Assembly: GCA_028534125.1 (NCBI GenBank)
Contig: CM052832.1
Span: forward strand, 17,424,001 to 17,488,000
DNA from: Lama glama
Taxonomy: Eukaryota
DNA length: 64,000 nucleotides
Direction of reading: 5' to 3'
Both the position numbers and the translations under genes were made by a program. Shown in pieces: positions 22,986-34,388 of the stretch. The stretch's first letter is position 1, and every line of letters begins with the position of its first letter. The notes below the pieces were generated by a model. It was not told where the DNA came from. It was given only the letters and a program-made list of their open reading frames with translations, and ran no database searches.

Positions 22986-25113
22986 TTATTTCCTTTTACC
23001 ATACTTGTGCTGATGCAATGAATTTGGTAGATGCCAGAGGCATAGAGTTGAAATAGATCAGCTTAAAGGCAATCTTTTGGGTAATGGATTTACTGTGGAT
23101 GTGAGCAGGGGAAAAAATGACAAGAGAAAAATTTTAATGGGGAAATTTGGATGTGTTTCTAAATACAGCATTGATGAGGAAAGGGAAAGACAATAATGGA
23201 ATCCAAGATGGCCTGGACTTTTCTGCATGGTTAGCCTGCACTTTACCAGTGATCTGCATGACCAGGTGAACCCTATATTTCAGTATATCTTCTGTAACTG
23301 ATGGTCACCCTGATTCTTGTTGAGGAGTCAATATTCCTTTTCCTCTACATTATTTCGACTTATGTATGGAAGCCAGCTGGAACTTGGCCTTCTCCAAAAA
23401 GGTCTTTAGAGGATGTTAGTGTGTTCCTTCTCTTCTCACGTCCTGCTGTTGGTTTCGGCTGACTCATGAAAAGCAGGACATTGAGGGGGCAAATCTAGAG
23501 CTGCAATTGAATGAGAAAGTCATAAATGGATACAATCCAGTGATGTTTTTCTCTGTCCTAATCTAGATAGGAAGGCAAACTTGGAGATTCTTTTCAAGGA
23601 TCAGCTAGGTAAATAAAACAATGAATTTAATGATGAAAGGCAAGGGAGAAATTTGATAGAACATGTTAGAATAATCCAAGATTTGGACTCTTATTGGAGA
23701 CCAATACTTAGGACTTAGAAGATTTGCAGATAGATTGGATTATGCAGATGGTGATGCCTTTCACAAAGCTAGTAAAAATAGAAGAGGTAGAGTTCTGTTT
23801 GTTGTTGTTTTTATCAGTTTTTAAACTTATTTTTGTGTTGGGAGCATAAAGTGGGGCAATAAAGGGGAAGCATTGAGTTTGGATTTGGAAATGACATATT
23901 TTAAATGCTTACAAGATAGCCTCTTGTGGATGTCTACCTACACACATTATAATCTGAGTTTCAAATTCTGCAGCCATCGCTGAACCCCTAGTTTGGATAT
24001 TCATGTGGCTAGGAGTAGAAGGCCTCTGAAGAGTGAGTCGAGTGAGGACTTCTGTTTATTCATTAAGACTAGTAGATAGGAGGTTATTATTAGTATACGT
24101 GAAAAACAAAGAAATGAGATTGCTCCTAGGCTGACCATATTCTTTTTTGGTTTATACTGGTTATTGTTATGGTCCTAAAATTCCCTTAGAAGACCAATAG
24201 AAGTCCCATTTTCTGCCGTCATCCTCCAAGTAAAGTGACTATCTCTGCAGTAATTGCATTTCTCTTGGGCAGTCTGTAAAAGGAAACAGCATAAATTCCA
24301 CCAGTCCCCAAAGGACAACCTTTGAACAGAAATACTGTCCATGAGGTCTGGTTTATTGAAAGGGAATATTTCTTGCCTCCACAGCACACATCTGCTGCTG
24401 AGCATCTGATTCTCAACTTTTTGAGAATTCAGTGGAAAGGATAGGGAAGAAACAAGGAGGTGGCTGGCTTTTAGAAGCCAAGATCTCTCCATTACTTGAA
24501 CTTATCTAAAAGCCAAGTGTTCTCTGCAGTAAAGAATGAACATCACTGTGTCTCCAAAATTAAAGTAGGTTGGCAGTGGAGTTTTCCTTACTTTTCTTTT
24601 TCCAGGCTCTTCCTAGAGAAACAAATCCCTTATTTAAATTCATGCGTTCTATTCCAGCTTTGTGATAAAGATTCATGAATAGTTGTGTGTCTTAGGCATT
24701 TGGTTTACAGTCCAAAGTGTTTTTCCAGGAATGGTTGGAATCCTGCTCCCAGCATCCTAATTTTTCCCATGGCTAGTGTCTTTAGGATTAGTTATTCTGG
24801 CTAAGAAATTGCTCATAGGTTTCTTTTTCTTTTTCATTTTTTTCCTGCCCATCTTACTTTGGATCTTCTTTCTCTTAAGTAGTACTGTGAAATGGTAGTC
24901 CAGGTTAAAAACCTGGTTAAATTGGTGGCATTCACAAATGGTAAATAAGCCTGTATTTTTCTTCTCTTTTTTCTTCCTTATGCTGTCACAGCAATGAGGA
25001 ACACTTTCCATACGAGCAGGAAAAAAAAACCAAAAGTAATGAAAAGTGAAAAAGTAGGAAAGCAGATCCCACAAGACTAAAGAAACATGAAAGTAAAATA
25101 CCATGAACACCTC

Positions 25114-25185
25114 TGGAGGTGCCGGGGATCGAACCCGGGGCCTCATACATGCAAAGCATGCGCTCTACCACTGAGCTACACCCCC
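25114..25185 (-). tRNA. TRA-TGC: tRNA-Ala (TGC)
   Basis: Reverse complement identical to the gene at 7736-7807. Confidence 0.98.
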
Positions 25186-25904
25186 TCGTGACAAATCCTT
25201 CTTTTTTTGACATATTAGGAAATATACCCATTTTCTGTATTCTTTGGCAAAGCTATTTCTTTTGTCAGAACATTTATTCCGTTAATTCCATTATTTCTAC
25301 AATTTCTAAATTAGATTTTTTTTGGTGATGGCTAAGCTCAGGAATGACACATTTTAAACCCAAGTTGTTACCATTCCTGCTCTTAGTTTCTTTTCAGCCC
25401 AGTCAGTTCTGTCCAAGGTCTTCTCACTTGGGCCGAAAAACTATGTTGAAGAGTAGATGGAAGAGCGTGAAAGAAAGAAAACAGCTCACTAGAAATCATC
25501 ACCAGGACAGAAAGCTCATCTCGCATAAACAAAAATTAATCTATTTCTCAGCGTCTTTGAATTATGGAAGAACGAACGAAAAGAAGAGAGAAATAAGGGA
25601 CCCTAGGACTTTTTTTTTTTTTTTTTAATGTCTATTATTTTTCTGAGCTGGGTCAGAGGAGCAGAAAGGCTTTCCGGTGAATCCCTATCACTTTTGTTTT
25701 GTCTCTCTCCTCCACCTACCACTCCAGTCTGCCAGGAATTGGATCCAAGAAGCATACATGGGAGACAGAACCACAACTTTTTGGATGAATGAGTATATTG
25801 GACAGTTGAACAGCAACATTTGCAGAGTCTGAAATGTTCTAAAAATCGGTTGAAAACAATCTCAACTTTTAAAAGTAAATGTCAAGAAGTTTTACCCTTA
25901 ACTA

Positions 25905-25977
25905 GCCGAAATAGCTCAGTTGGGAGAGCGTTAGACTGAAGATCTAAAGGTCCCTGGTTCAATCCCGGGTTTCGGCA
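25905..25977 (+). tRNA. TRF-GAA: tRNA-Phe (GAA)
   Basis: Identical to 4253-4325; followed by GGTTTGTTTT. Confidence 0.98.
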
Positions 25978-26960
25978 GGTTGTTTTAGTCAACATTCGGG
26001 AGGATGAGCAATTTCAGCAACCACCTGCAACCACCTGGACAATTATATCTTCGAATTCGTATCTTGTAATTGTTCGATGGAACAGCGGAGCGTCGCACAT
26101 AAACATGGCAAACGCATGCAGCGTGTCTGGCGTTCCTTGCTTCTTGCTTCTCCCTTATATATGCAGCGATTGCAATGCCCTGTGAATTTTGATGTGCAAA
26201 ATAAAGATGTACAGTACAGTTCATGCTTATAATTTACAATGTTACTTTTACTTAATTACAATGACATTAAATAGCAACTTAAAAAATACCATAACAGGTC
26301 AAGAGGAAGAAAGAAGAAAGCTAAATTTATATTTCACTGTCTTTACTGGCACCTTCCCCCTGTTTTTTGAACAAGGGCCCCTAGTTTGCACTTTTCACTG
26401 ATCCCATGAATTGTGGAGGTACTGGGGATTGTCCCTGACCAACATTAAATCAACATTTATTTTATGCTTTCACAAATTTTGGAGGTTATGTATATCCATC
26501 TCCACACCCACACCCAGTCTCTCCACACACCTTTCACTGAATTATCTCAAGAACACTAGTGAATATTTTATTAAAATCCATGCCACAGTCTATATTCCAT
26601 CTCTGAATTTCAATTAGTTGTTCTTAACTCTACATGAAGTTAGGATTGGAATATCTGAGATAACATTGCAAGGAAAATAGCAAGGGAAGATGCAGTTTGT
26701 GTTTCCAAAAAGAAACATTAAGAAAATAAGGTAGTGTACTAAAATCACAGTTCTGCTCTTTGCTGTCTCAGTATAGTCCTGCGTTGTGCTAACGTACCCA
26801 CATCAGTTCCATTTTGTTTCCAAAGCCTTTGGAAACCACCTGTGACATCCAAAATTGGAGGGTGGTGACAGGCAGACTGTAGAAAACATTCTGCGTAATT
26901 TTAAGACAGCAAAACAGGTGCTTGGTGGGACAGATAAGCCTTCAACTACGGAGGGTGGAA

Positions 26961-27034
26961 AGGCTCCGCTGGGATTCGAACCCAGGATCTCCTGTTTACT
27001 AGACAGGCGCTTTAACCAACTAAGCCACGGAGCC
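26961..27034 (-). tRNA. TRT-AGT: tRNA-Thr (AGT)
   Basis: Reverse complement GGCTCCGTGGCTTAGTTGGTTAAAGCGCCTGTCTAGTAAACAGGAGATCCTGGGTTCGAATCCCAGCGGAGCCT, 74 nt, fully paired acceptor stem. Confidence 0.97.
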
Positions 27035-27540
27035 CACACAACAACCCCAATTTGGTTTTCTTTTGTCAGAGAATGACTTTGCACTGATGTATTTCGGAAT
27101 AGAGCTTGGAACGAGAACTATACATTCATTTCTTAAAAACGAAGAAGAAGAAATTACTCCTTTCTTGTGCTTTCATTCCCTTGGCTTTTTACTGGGGTCA
27201 GAGCCATTCTGTGAATTACAGCTTTGACCCAAGCGTTATTCATCAGTCTTCTTTTCCTTTTGCTCCGCCTGACCTTACTGTATTTGGTTGATGTGGAGCC
27301 TTAGGGAAACTTAGGCAGAAAAATTCAAGCAAGATAGAAAGGCAGGGACTATGCGCAGATTTCCTCAGAAAGCACGGGGACAGTGATTTTGGTAAATTGC
27401 AAGAAGATCAATATTCTGAATGGATCATTTTCTCCAGGGGATGAAACTAGCAAAACCATAAAATCTTTGGACTCTACCTCATCCACTTATTTAATGAACT
27501 GGTGTCTGGATAGCCACAGCATTCTTGTGAGAGGTGGTGG

Positions 27541-27649
27541 ATTTATTTATTTCTTGAATTAGGCTTACCTACTTATTTTTAGAGGAGGTACAGGGGATTG
27601 AATCCAGGAGTTCATGCATGCTATCTACCAGTTGAGCTGTATCTTCCCC
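27541..27649 (-). mobile_element. tRNA-Ala-derived SINE, Vic-1-like (camelid)
   Basis: Reverse complement GGGGAAGATACAGCTCAACTGGTAGA[9-nt deletion]TAGCATGCATGAACTCCTGGATTCAATCCCCTGTACCTCCTCTAAAAATAAGTAGGTAAGCCTAATT...AAATAAATAAAT: tRNA-Ala head plus A-rich tail. Confidence 0.8.
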
Positions 27650-30078
27650 TTCAAGTGGGGGTATTACACAGCATCTCCCCACGGAGACAGAACTGAGATC
27701 TATAGGCTTCAATGTCTGGTTACTGCACTTAGTTGCTCTCACTGGCATGTGGAAGATAAGGGAGTGGAAGAAAATGAGTGGGCAGGCTTTTTGCTTCTCA
27801 GCTAGCAACCTGTTTCTTGAGAAAGGCACAATTGAGAAAACAGGAGTAGGAACTTGTTCACTGTCCTCTTATTTTTTTCCTCTTTCCATTCTTGCCCCCC
27901 TACTGCTCAATTCTTTTGCAAATGAATCATGAACTGGCTCGTTAATGTGGATTGGACCTGTTTGCTGTGCTCAGTGAACAATATCTTCCTTTGTTCCAGT
28001 CAACCTAGTCTTCCTTGTTCTGAGACAATTAGGTTAGGCCATGGGCTCCAAAGCCTTCAGAGTAGAAATGCTTGAGTGCTTAAGGCAACCAACTGAATTA
28101 GATAACCAGTCTCCCTTGAGTGTAAGCAGGGAAAGATGAGTAAAGAAATGCAAAAGTGAAAAAAAAAAAAAAGAGAGAAGACAGAAAAGAGAGGAAAAAA
28201 GAGCTGTGAAGAAGTGCATGCATGGAGATATGGAAGATTAAACCTAGAGCATCTTCCTTGCTCCGTAATCTCACCACAACTCACCTACATCCACCCAGAC
28301 AGGTGGCTGCTGAGAAAAAGTTGGTGACTAATTATTTTCCTTTACAAGATGGCTTTGAGGACCACATATTTGGCAGAACAGAGGTTAGTTTGTTTAGCTC
28401 CTTTATTTCTGAAGCTTCTATCTGAATCTGGTCTTGTGGTGATATCAGGGGAAGGAGCATTGCAGGCTAGATGAAAAGATACAGTTACACATGGTCTTCC
28501 CAAAGTTGGCCAACTCGGAGGCCTGCTTGCCAAGGGATTGCCTGAGTGGCAGCTCCATCTGCCAAAAGAAAGAGGCTCATTGTGGACCATACCCTTGTGT
28601 CTTCAAATGCTCACTCCCTCAATTTTTTCTCCTCTGCCTACACAGACTGCAAGACAAATGAAAAACACAATGCAGAGGGATGAAGAGTAGCAGGCTTCCT
28701 CAAGACTTTAACTGTATATGGTGAAATTGGAAAGAGAGAAAGGGAGGAATTCACAATACTTACCAGGAAATGAAACATCACTTTGCAGTCCAGCAACACG
28801 ATCTGCAAACCTTGCAGTGACATTTTCTAGTGGATGCTATAGCTCTTGGCCTGGATTCTTAAAGGATTGGAAGACAGAAAGAGAGAAGAGAACAAAACGT
28901 ACTCCTAGCATTTATAGCTTTTCTTCTCAATGGAGTTTTCTCTGCAATGAAGAGAATGCAAAGGAGATTTGCAACTAGGACAAGATTTCTCAACAAGTTA
29001 GTTGAACATATGTGCTGTGGCTGGACCTTTAGATTCTGACAGCTCAACAGGTAAACTTAGGATTTTCTGACTGGGGGAAACAAAATTTGAACCCATAGGG
29101 GTTCAGGTTCTGTGTGTTTGAATTTATTCTCCAGTTATTTCTAACTGGCAGAAGGCTACTGAGGTCTGGCCTGCTTAATGTTCTGAGTGTTCACAATGGG
29201 ATCTTCTAGTGGCTGGATATATATGGTAGTTAGTATCTGCAAAGCCCAAACTCCCCATTTATCCCTCCACCGTTAGTCTTATTTTTAAAATCAACCATTG
29301 ATATTTCTCCCAATGTCCTCAAGCCTCAATCAACTGTTCTCACCAAAAGACTAACAATTTTAAACAAGAATCTTTTATCTAGACATATTCCTTTGGCTAC
29401 TACAAGTAAACATTACTTAATTACCTTGCCACAGTAAATGATTTCCTTGCCTGGCTAACAAAGGAGCCAATCATAAACTGACTTGGTTGCAACCTGATTT
29501 TCATTACAAATTTTTGTGTGTGAAGAAATTTTGTTGTGATGAGATATGTCATTTCAAACTTTCAAATTTTCAAGTTTTTGTGACAGTTGCCTCCTGTTAG
29601 TTGGAATATTGTGACGAGTGTTAGTTTGGTAATGTTCTTGTATATTGTATTCTTTCAGCAAATTTATAGCATTATTGGATTCCATTTCTCAGTATTTTGG
29701 GAGATTATGAGAGATGAAACATCAAAAAGAAGAGAAAAGTAAGGGAGCCCCTAAAATATTCCCTTAGGTTCCCTTAGTTTCTGAGCCATGTCTGGGTCAA
29801 GTGACAGGATGCAGAGGAGCAGAAAGGCTTTCCATTGAGTCCCTCACTATCATCTCTCTTCAAAATCTCCTTTTTCACCTGTCCTTTCTACGCTGCCAGG
29901 AGTTGGATCCAATTGGCATACATGGGAGACAAATTATTCGAAGTTATTAATGGGCGGGCAAATATAAGAATAACCAGACAGCCACTCTTAGGGAATTTGA
30001 AGACTTTCAAAATCAGAAGTTGAAAACAACATATGTATTTAAAAATGAACGTCAGGAAGCTGAGTTAGTTTGCAGTAG

Positions 30079-30151
30079 GCTGAAATAGCTCAGTTGGGAG
30101 AATGTTAGACTGAGGGTGCATAGGCCCCAGGTTCAATTCTGGGTTTCAGCA
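30079..30151 (+). pseudogene. tRNA-Phe-derived pseudogene (anticodon GAG, broken anticodon stem)
   Basis: GCTGAAATAGCTCAGTTGGGAGAATGTTAGACTGAGGGTGCATAGGCCCCAGGTTCAATTCTGGGTTTCAGCA; acceptor stem intact, A and B boxes retained. Confidence 0.88.
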
Positions 30152-30216
30152 CAGTGTGTTTCAATTGATTCCGAGGGTGGTTTGCATAAATAAGAAGTAA
30201 GTACTCACTCCGAAGA

Positions 30217-31114
30217 TGTCCTACATCTCACTACTGGAGAATCCCGTGTTCTTCACCCCAGAGGAGGAACTGTTGCCCCCAAAGTACTAGAGCAGGCTGA
30301 TGTTTTCAGATTTTCCAGCCGCTTAGTTTTAACTTTCCCCGAATTCAGGAGGAAACCCCTCCTGAACTGGTTCTTGACGCTCGTTTGAAGTGCACAAAAG
30401 ATGAAGTGGGAGCAGNNNNNNNNNNNNNNNNNNNNNNNNNNNNNNNNNNNNNNNNNNNNNNNNNNNNNNNNNNNNNNNNNNNNNNNNNNNNNNNNNNNNN
30501 NNNNNNNNNNNNNNNNNNNNNNNNNNNNNNNNNNNNNNNNNNNNNNNNNNNNNNNNNNNNNNNNNNNNNNNNNNNNNNNNNNNNNNNNNNNNNNNNNNNN
30601 NNNNNNNNNNNNNNNNNNNNNNNNNNNNNNNNNNNNNNNNNNNNNNNNNNNNNNNNNNNNNNNNNNNNNNNNNNNNNNNNNNNNNNNNNNNNNNNNNNNN
30701 NNNNNNNNNNNNNNNNNNNNNNNNNNNNNNNNNNNNNNNNNNNNNNNNNNNNNNNNNNNNNNNNNNNNNNNNNNNNNNNNNNNNNNNNNNNNNNNNNNNN
30801 NNNNNNNNNNNNNNNNNNNNNNNNNNNNNNNNNNNNNNNNNNNNNNNNNNNNNNNNNNNNNNNNNNNNNNNNNNNNNNNNNNNNNNNNNNNNNNNNNNNN
30901 NNNNNNNNNNNNNNNCTGCTCCCACTTCATCTTTTGTGCACTTCAAACGAGCGTCAAGAACCAGTTCAGGAGGGGTTTCCTCCTGAATTCGGGGAAAGTT
31001 AAAACTAAGCGGCTGGAAAATCTGAAAACATCAGCCTGCTCTAGTACTTTGGGGGCAACAGTTCCTCCTCTGGGGTGAAGAACACGGGATTCTCCAGTAG
31101 TGAGATGTAGGACA
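30217..31114. repeat. perfect 199-bp inverted repeat (30217-30415 / 30916-31114) flanking a 500-N gap
   Basis: Arms are exact reverse complements; mirrored ORFs appear in the track. Confidence 0.97.
30416..30915. other. assembly gap (500 N)
   Basis: N run. Confidence 1.
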
Positions 31115-33508
31115 GACTGGCTACATAATTTGCTGGACACAGAATCCTGTGAACTGCACTGGCCACAGTCCCATGAAGCCCTGATGACAGATACAGAAGT
31201 GATCACTCTAGTTAAAAGTAAGTCACTATTCTGTGTCCTTGCCTTCTCCTGAAAGATTGAGATGTCTGTGTTCAATAATGCTAGGTTTGAGCTGAGGAGG
31301 AGGGAGATGCTCTTTCAACATGCAGACTTCCATCCCTGTCCTGTCGTATTTGGATTCCATAATTGAAAGAAGAAACTAGAGTGCAGGAAAATGTCTTCCT
31401 CCTTCTACTTGTCCTGAACTCACAGTCTGGGTATGTTTTAGAGAACATCACCTCTTGACAAAGCTGCAAAAGGAGGAATACAGAGGAGTCTTAAGCATTT
31501 ATGGAAGTATTAAATATGCAGACACACCATCTCCATGGATTAAGGACAATTGCTTGCACTTGTGGAATGACTTTACCTTCTTTATTCTGATATGCAAACT
31601 TTCCTATTATATCTGCCTCTGGAGATCACTTTTCCCCTTTCCTAACATCTCCTATTGTCATTCATTCACCTTCACTGTAGAATTTAGCCTCCAGCTCAAA
31701 CTTCTCCATTACAAATGCCTTTATTATTAATATTAGACATTTCGTTGTTTTATTTTGCATACACACACAAACACATAGGTAATCATAGGAGTGATATCAA
31801 AATTAACTGGTTTCTCAGATTTTAAAATATATTCCCCTTCCTTACAGAGAATTTCATATTGAAACTTTGGAATCCAAATGGAACTATCATAATCCATCAA
31901 CTGTACTACATTTAATTGACTGGTTCTGGTTGTGATTACATTTAAAGATTTTAAAATAAAAATCCAAAATTTAGTTGGAAAAGTCTAGGAAAGCTGGGTG
32001 GTGAGAAATTCCAGTGTGCTACTCAGCCACAAACTTTTACTTCAGTTCTATTTCTTTGAGATTTTTTATGTTTCTGTGCATGAGGTAAGGGGAGTGTGAG
32101 GATCAGTCAAAAGATACAGTGAATTGACTCATAAAAGAAGAATCACTATATTGTATATGTGTGTGTATGAGAGAGAGAGTGTGATGTGAAAGGTGTTATG
32201 AGAAAATATTTAACATTAACCATCTTGATTTCATTACTTTATTAAACTGGTGACATGAGGGAAATTGCTGAACATCACTGACATTTTAAAAATATCAGAG
32301 CCTTCACATTCTCCTTAATGACAAAACACCCCTGTAGCTGATATGTCATCACTGGTAGAGTTTTGTCCTTTGTCTGGAAACTCCAAATTTTAAGGGCTCC
32401 AGGACAGAACAATATTAAGCATTCTTAAATGAAGGAGAGGTTCACCTCTGAGATTAGAATACAGAAAGTTGAAAGTAGATGAAAAGTCAGGTCATAAAGA
32501 TCCAGGTATGACAACCCAATTTCTTCTCTTACATCAACTTCTTTCTTGACATTCTTTGATATGGATAGTAAATCATTTTATTTTTATGTTGCCATACATT
32601 CAGCCAACATTTCCAAGCCAGCATTTTTCATGCAACTTGTCACTAATGTCTTGGACATCAGAGTTTTTAATAAAGTGCCATTTTATAAAAATCTCCTGCA
32701 TCACTGATGTTATGAAAACCACCGAGCATCCGTTCCAACGGCCTTTGAATTCAATCTTCCTTTCAAAGAACTCATTTTGTTCTGTTAAAAGAACAGAACT
32801 GTTACCTAAGTTTCAATAGCTTTGTTGCTTGATTAGACAGCACATTTCTACAAATAACCGACTATGCCTCAGCACCTCCCCTTCAATGAAAGTGAAGAAA
32901 CCAAACTTAATTCATGAATGATCACACTTCTGCCTAAAACTGATAGGACCAATCTTGGTCTTCAGTTTTTAGAATCATTTCGATCCTCATCATATTGAGA
33001 TACTACCTATAAATGGTAAATATTGCTGTTCTTGGATTCCAGTGTTTTTCTTTCGACTTCAAAGCCATATGCATTCAAGCTACATCAGCACAAGTAAGAC
33101 TAGAAGGAATGAGAGCAAAAATCATGCTCACTCAGGATGACCTCAAAGGAGAGGAAACAACATGCGACCACCACGTGAATGAGCGCATACTCCTTTGGTT
33201 CCATTTCACAGTTTCTGGAGGTACAAGAAAGAAAAGAAGGATCAAAGAAAAGTAAAACAGGCCCTGGGGCAATCTTGTTAAATTCCCTTTTGTGTTCTTC
33301 ATTGTGCCTGTGTGAAGGCTGAGGAGCAAAAACCTAACGCCTGATTTTTCTCTCCCCTCATTTCCCTTCCACACAGATGGCAGTAGTTCAGATCTACCAC
33401 CGAATGTGACATGTGGTGGGATGTGGATCCCAGCTTCTTCTCAGTGAGGGAACAGGCAAAGACATCTCTCAAAGGATGGTGCAACCATTAAAAAAATGGC
33501 ACAGCAGC

Positions 33509-33923
33509 TGAGGATAGGTTAACTGGTTAGAATCGACTGTCCAAGATGGCAGAAGATTCCACTTCCAGTAGACCTTGAGCCTCATTAGATGCTCTTTGTT
33601 ATATATTAGCATGCTGAATGACACACCCACAGGTGACAGGACAGTTCAGAGGTTGATCATAAAAGGCCAGAAAGCTGGCGGGGTCCAATTCCGGAAATCC
33701 CCGTCTCTTCCCCCAAATAGTTGGAGTAATCCTCCCTCTTGTTAGCCTTTGAAATTACCCATCCCATAAAAACTAAACACCTTGGGGCGCCTCTCTTGCC
33801 TTCTGTGAAGCCCGTACTCTGTCTATAGAGTTTGTATCTCCCCGAAAAACTCTACTTTCGCTTTACTATGGCTCGCTCTTGAATTCCTTTTTGTGAGAGA
33901 CAAGAACCTTATCTCCGGCAACA
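33509..33923 (+). mobile_element. ERV1-type solo LTR
   Basis: TG...CA bounded ~415 bp with caagatggc, cataaaaa TATA-like box and gctcgctcttgaattcctt 3' motif typical of ERV1 LTRs; no clear TSD. Confidence 0.65.
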
Positions 33924-34316
33924 TCTTAACTAAAGCTGGCAGCTGCCTCTGCACTTAGAAGCATTGCAATCATCACTGCTATGCTGAATCACGACTGCTG
34001 CGGTATTTGTTGGAGGCATGATTTCCTTGAAGCTTGCCTGATGGAGGCAAGTAACTTTCACCCAAACTGTCTACTGATGACTGGGCCTTGGAACAGGCTA
34101 ACAAGAAGGGGAAGTTCTTGGAGTCAGAAGTGGTGCCTTTCTGACTACAATCTAGTAACTCTTCTTCTAGTGAAGACACTAGAAAGTATCCCGTTTAGTA
34201 AGTTCGGAAATTGTGAACCTGGTAGACTTTCAGCGGTTAACTCTTAGATTAAAAAAAAAGAAGAAGAAAGAAGAAGAAATAATATTTTACGAAACAGCGA
34301 ATAGCATCCGAGCCTG

Positions 34317-34388
34317 GGGGGTGTAGCTCAGCGGTAGAGCGCGTGCTTCGCATGTACGAGGTCCCTGGTTCGATCCCTGGCACCTCCA
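34317..34388 (+). tRNA. TRA-CGC: tRNA-Ala (CGC), U51.U63 T-stem mismatch
   Basis: GGGGGTGTAGCTCAGCGGTAGAGCGCGTGCTTCGCATGTACGAGGTCCCTGGTTCGATCCCTGGCACCTCCA; T6 about 20 nt downstream. Confidence 0.93.

Noticed and set aside
23220..24480. Exon-like unique sequence with splice-like signals
   Set aside because: No recognisable protein homology or consistent exon chain; needs RNA-seq.
30253..31078. Four 205-225 aa mirrored ORFs
   Set aside because: They run through the N gap and mirror each other because of the inverted repeat.
30217..31114. Inverted repeat as DNA-transposon TIRs
   Set aside because: No TSD, no transposon-like termini; exact 199-bp length and gap adjacency point to assembly structure.
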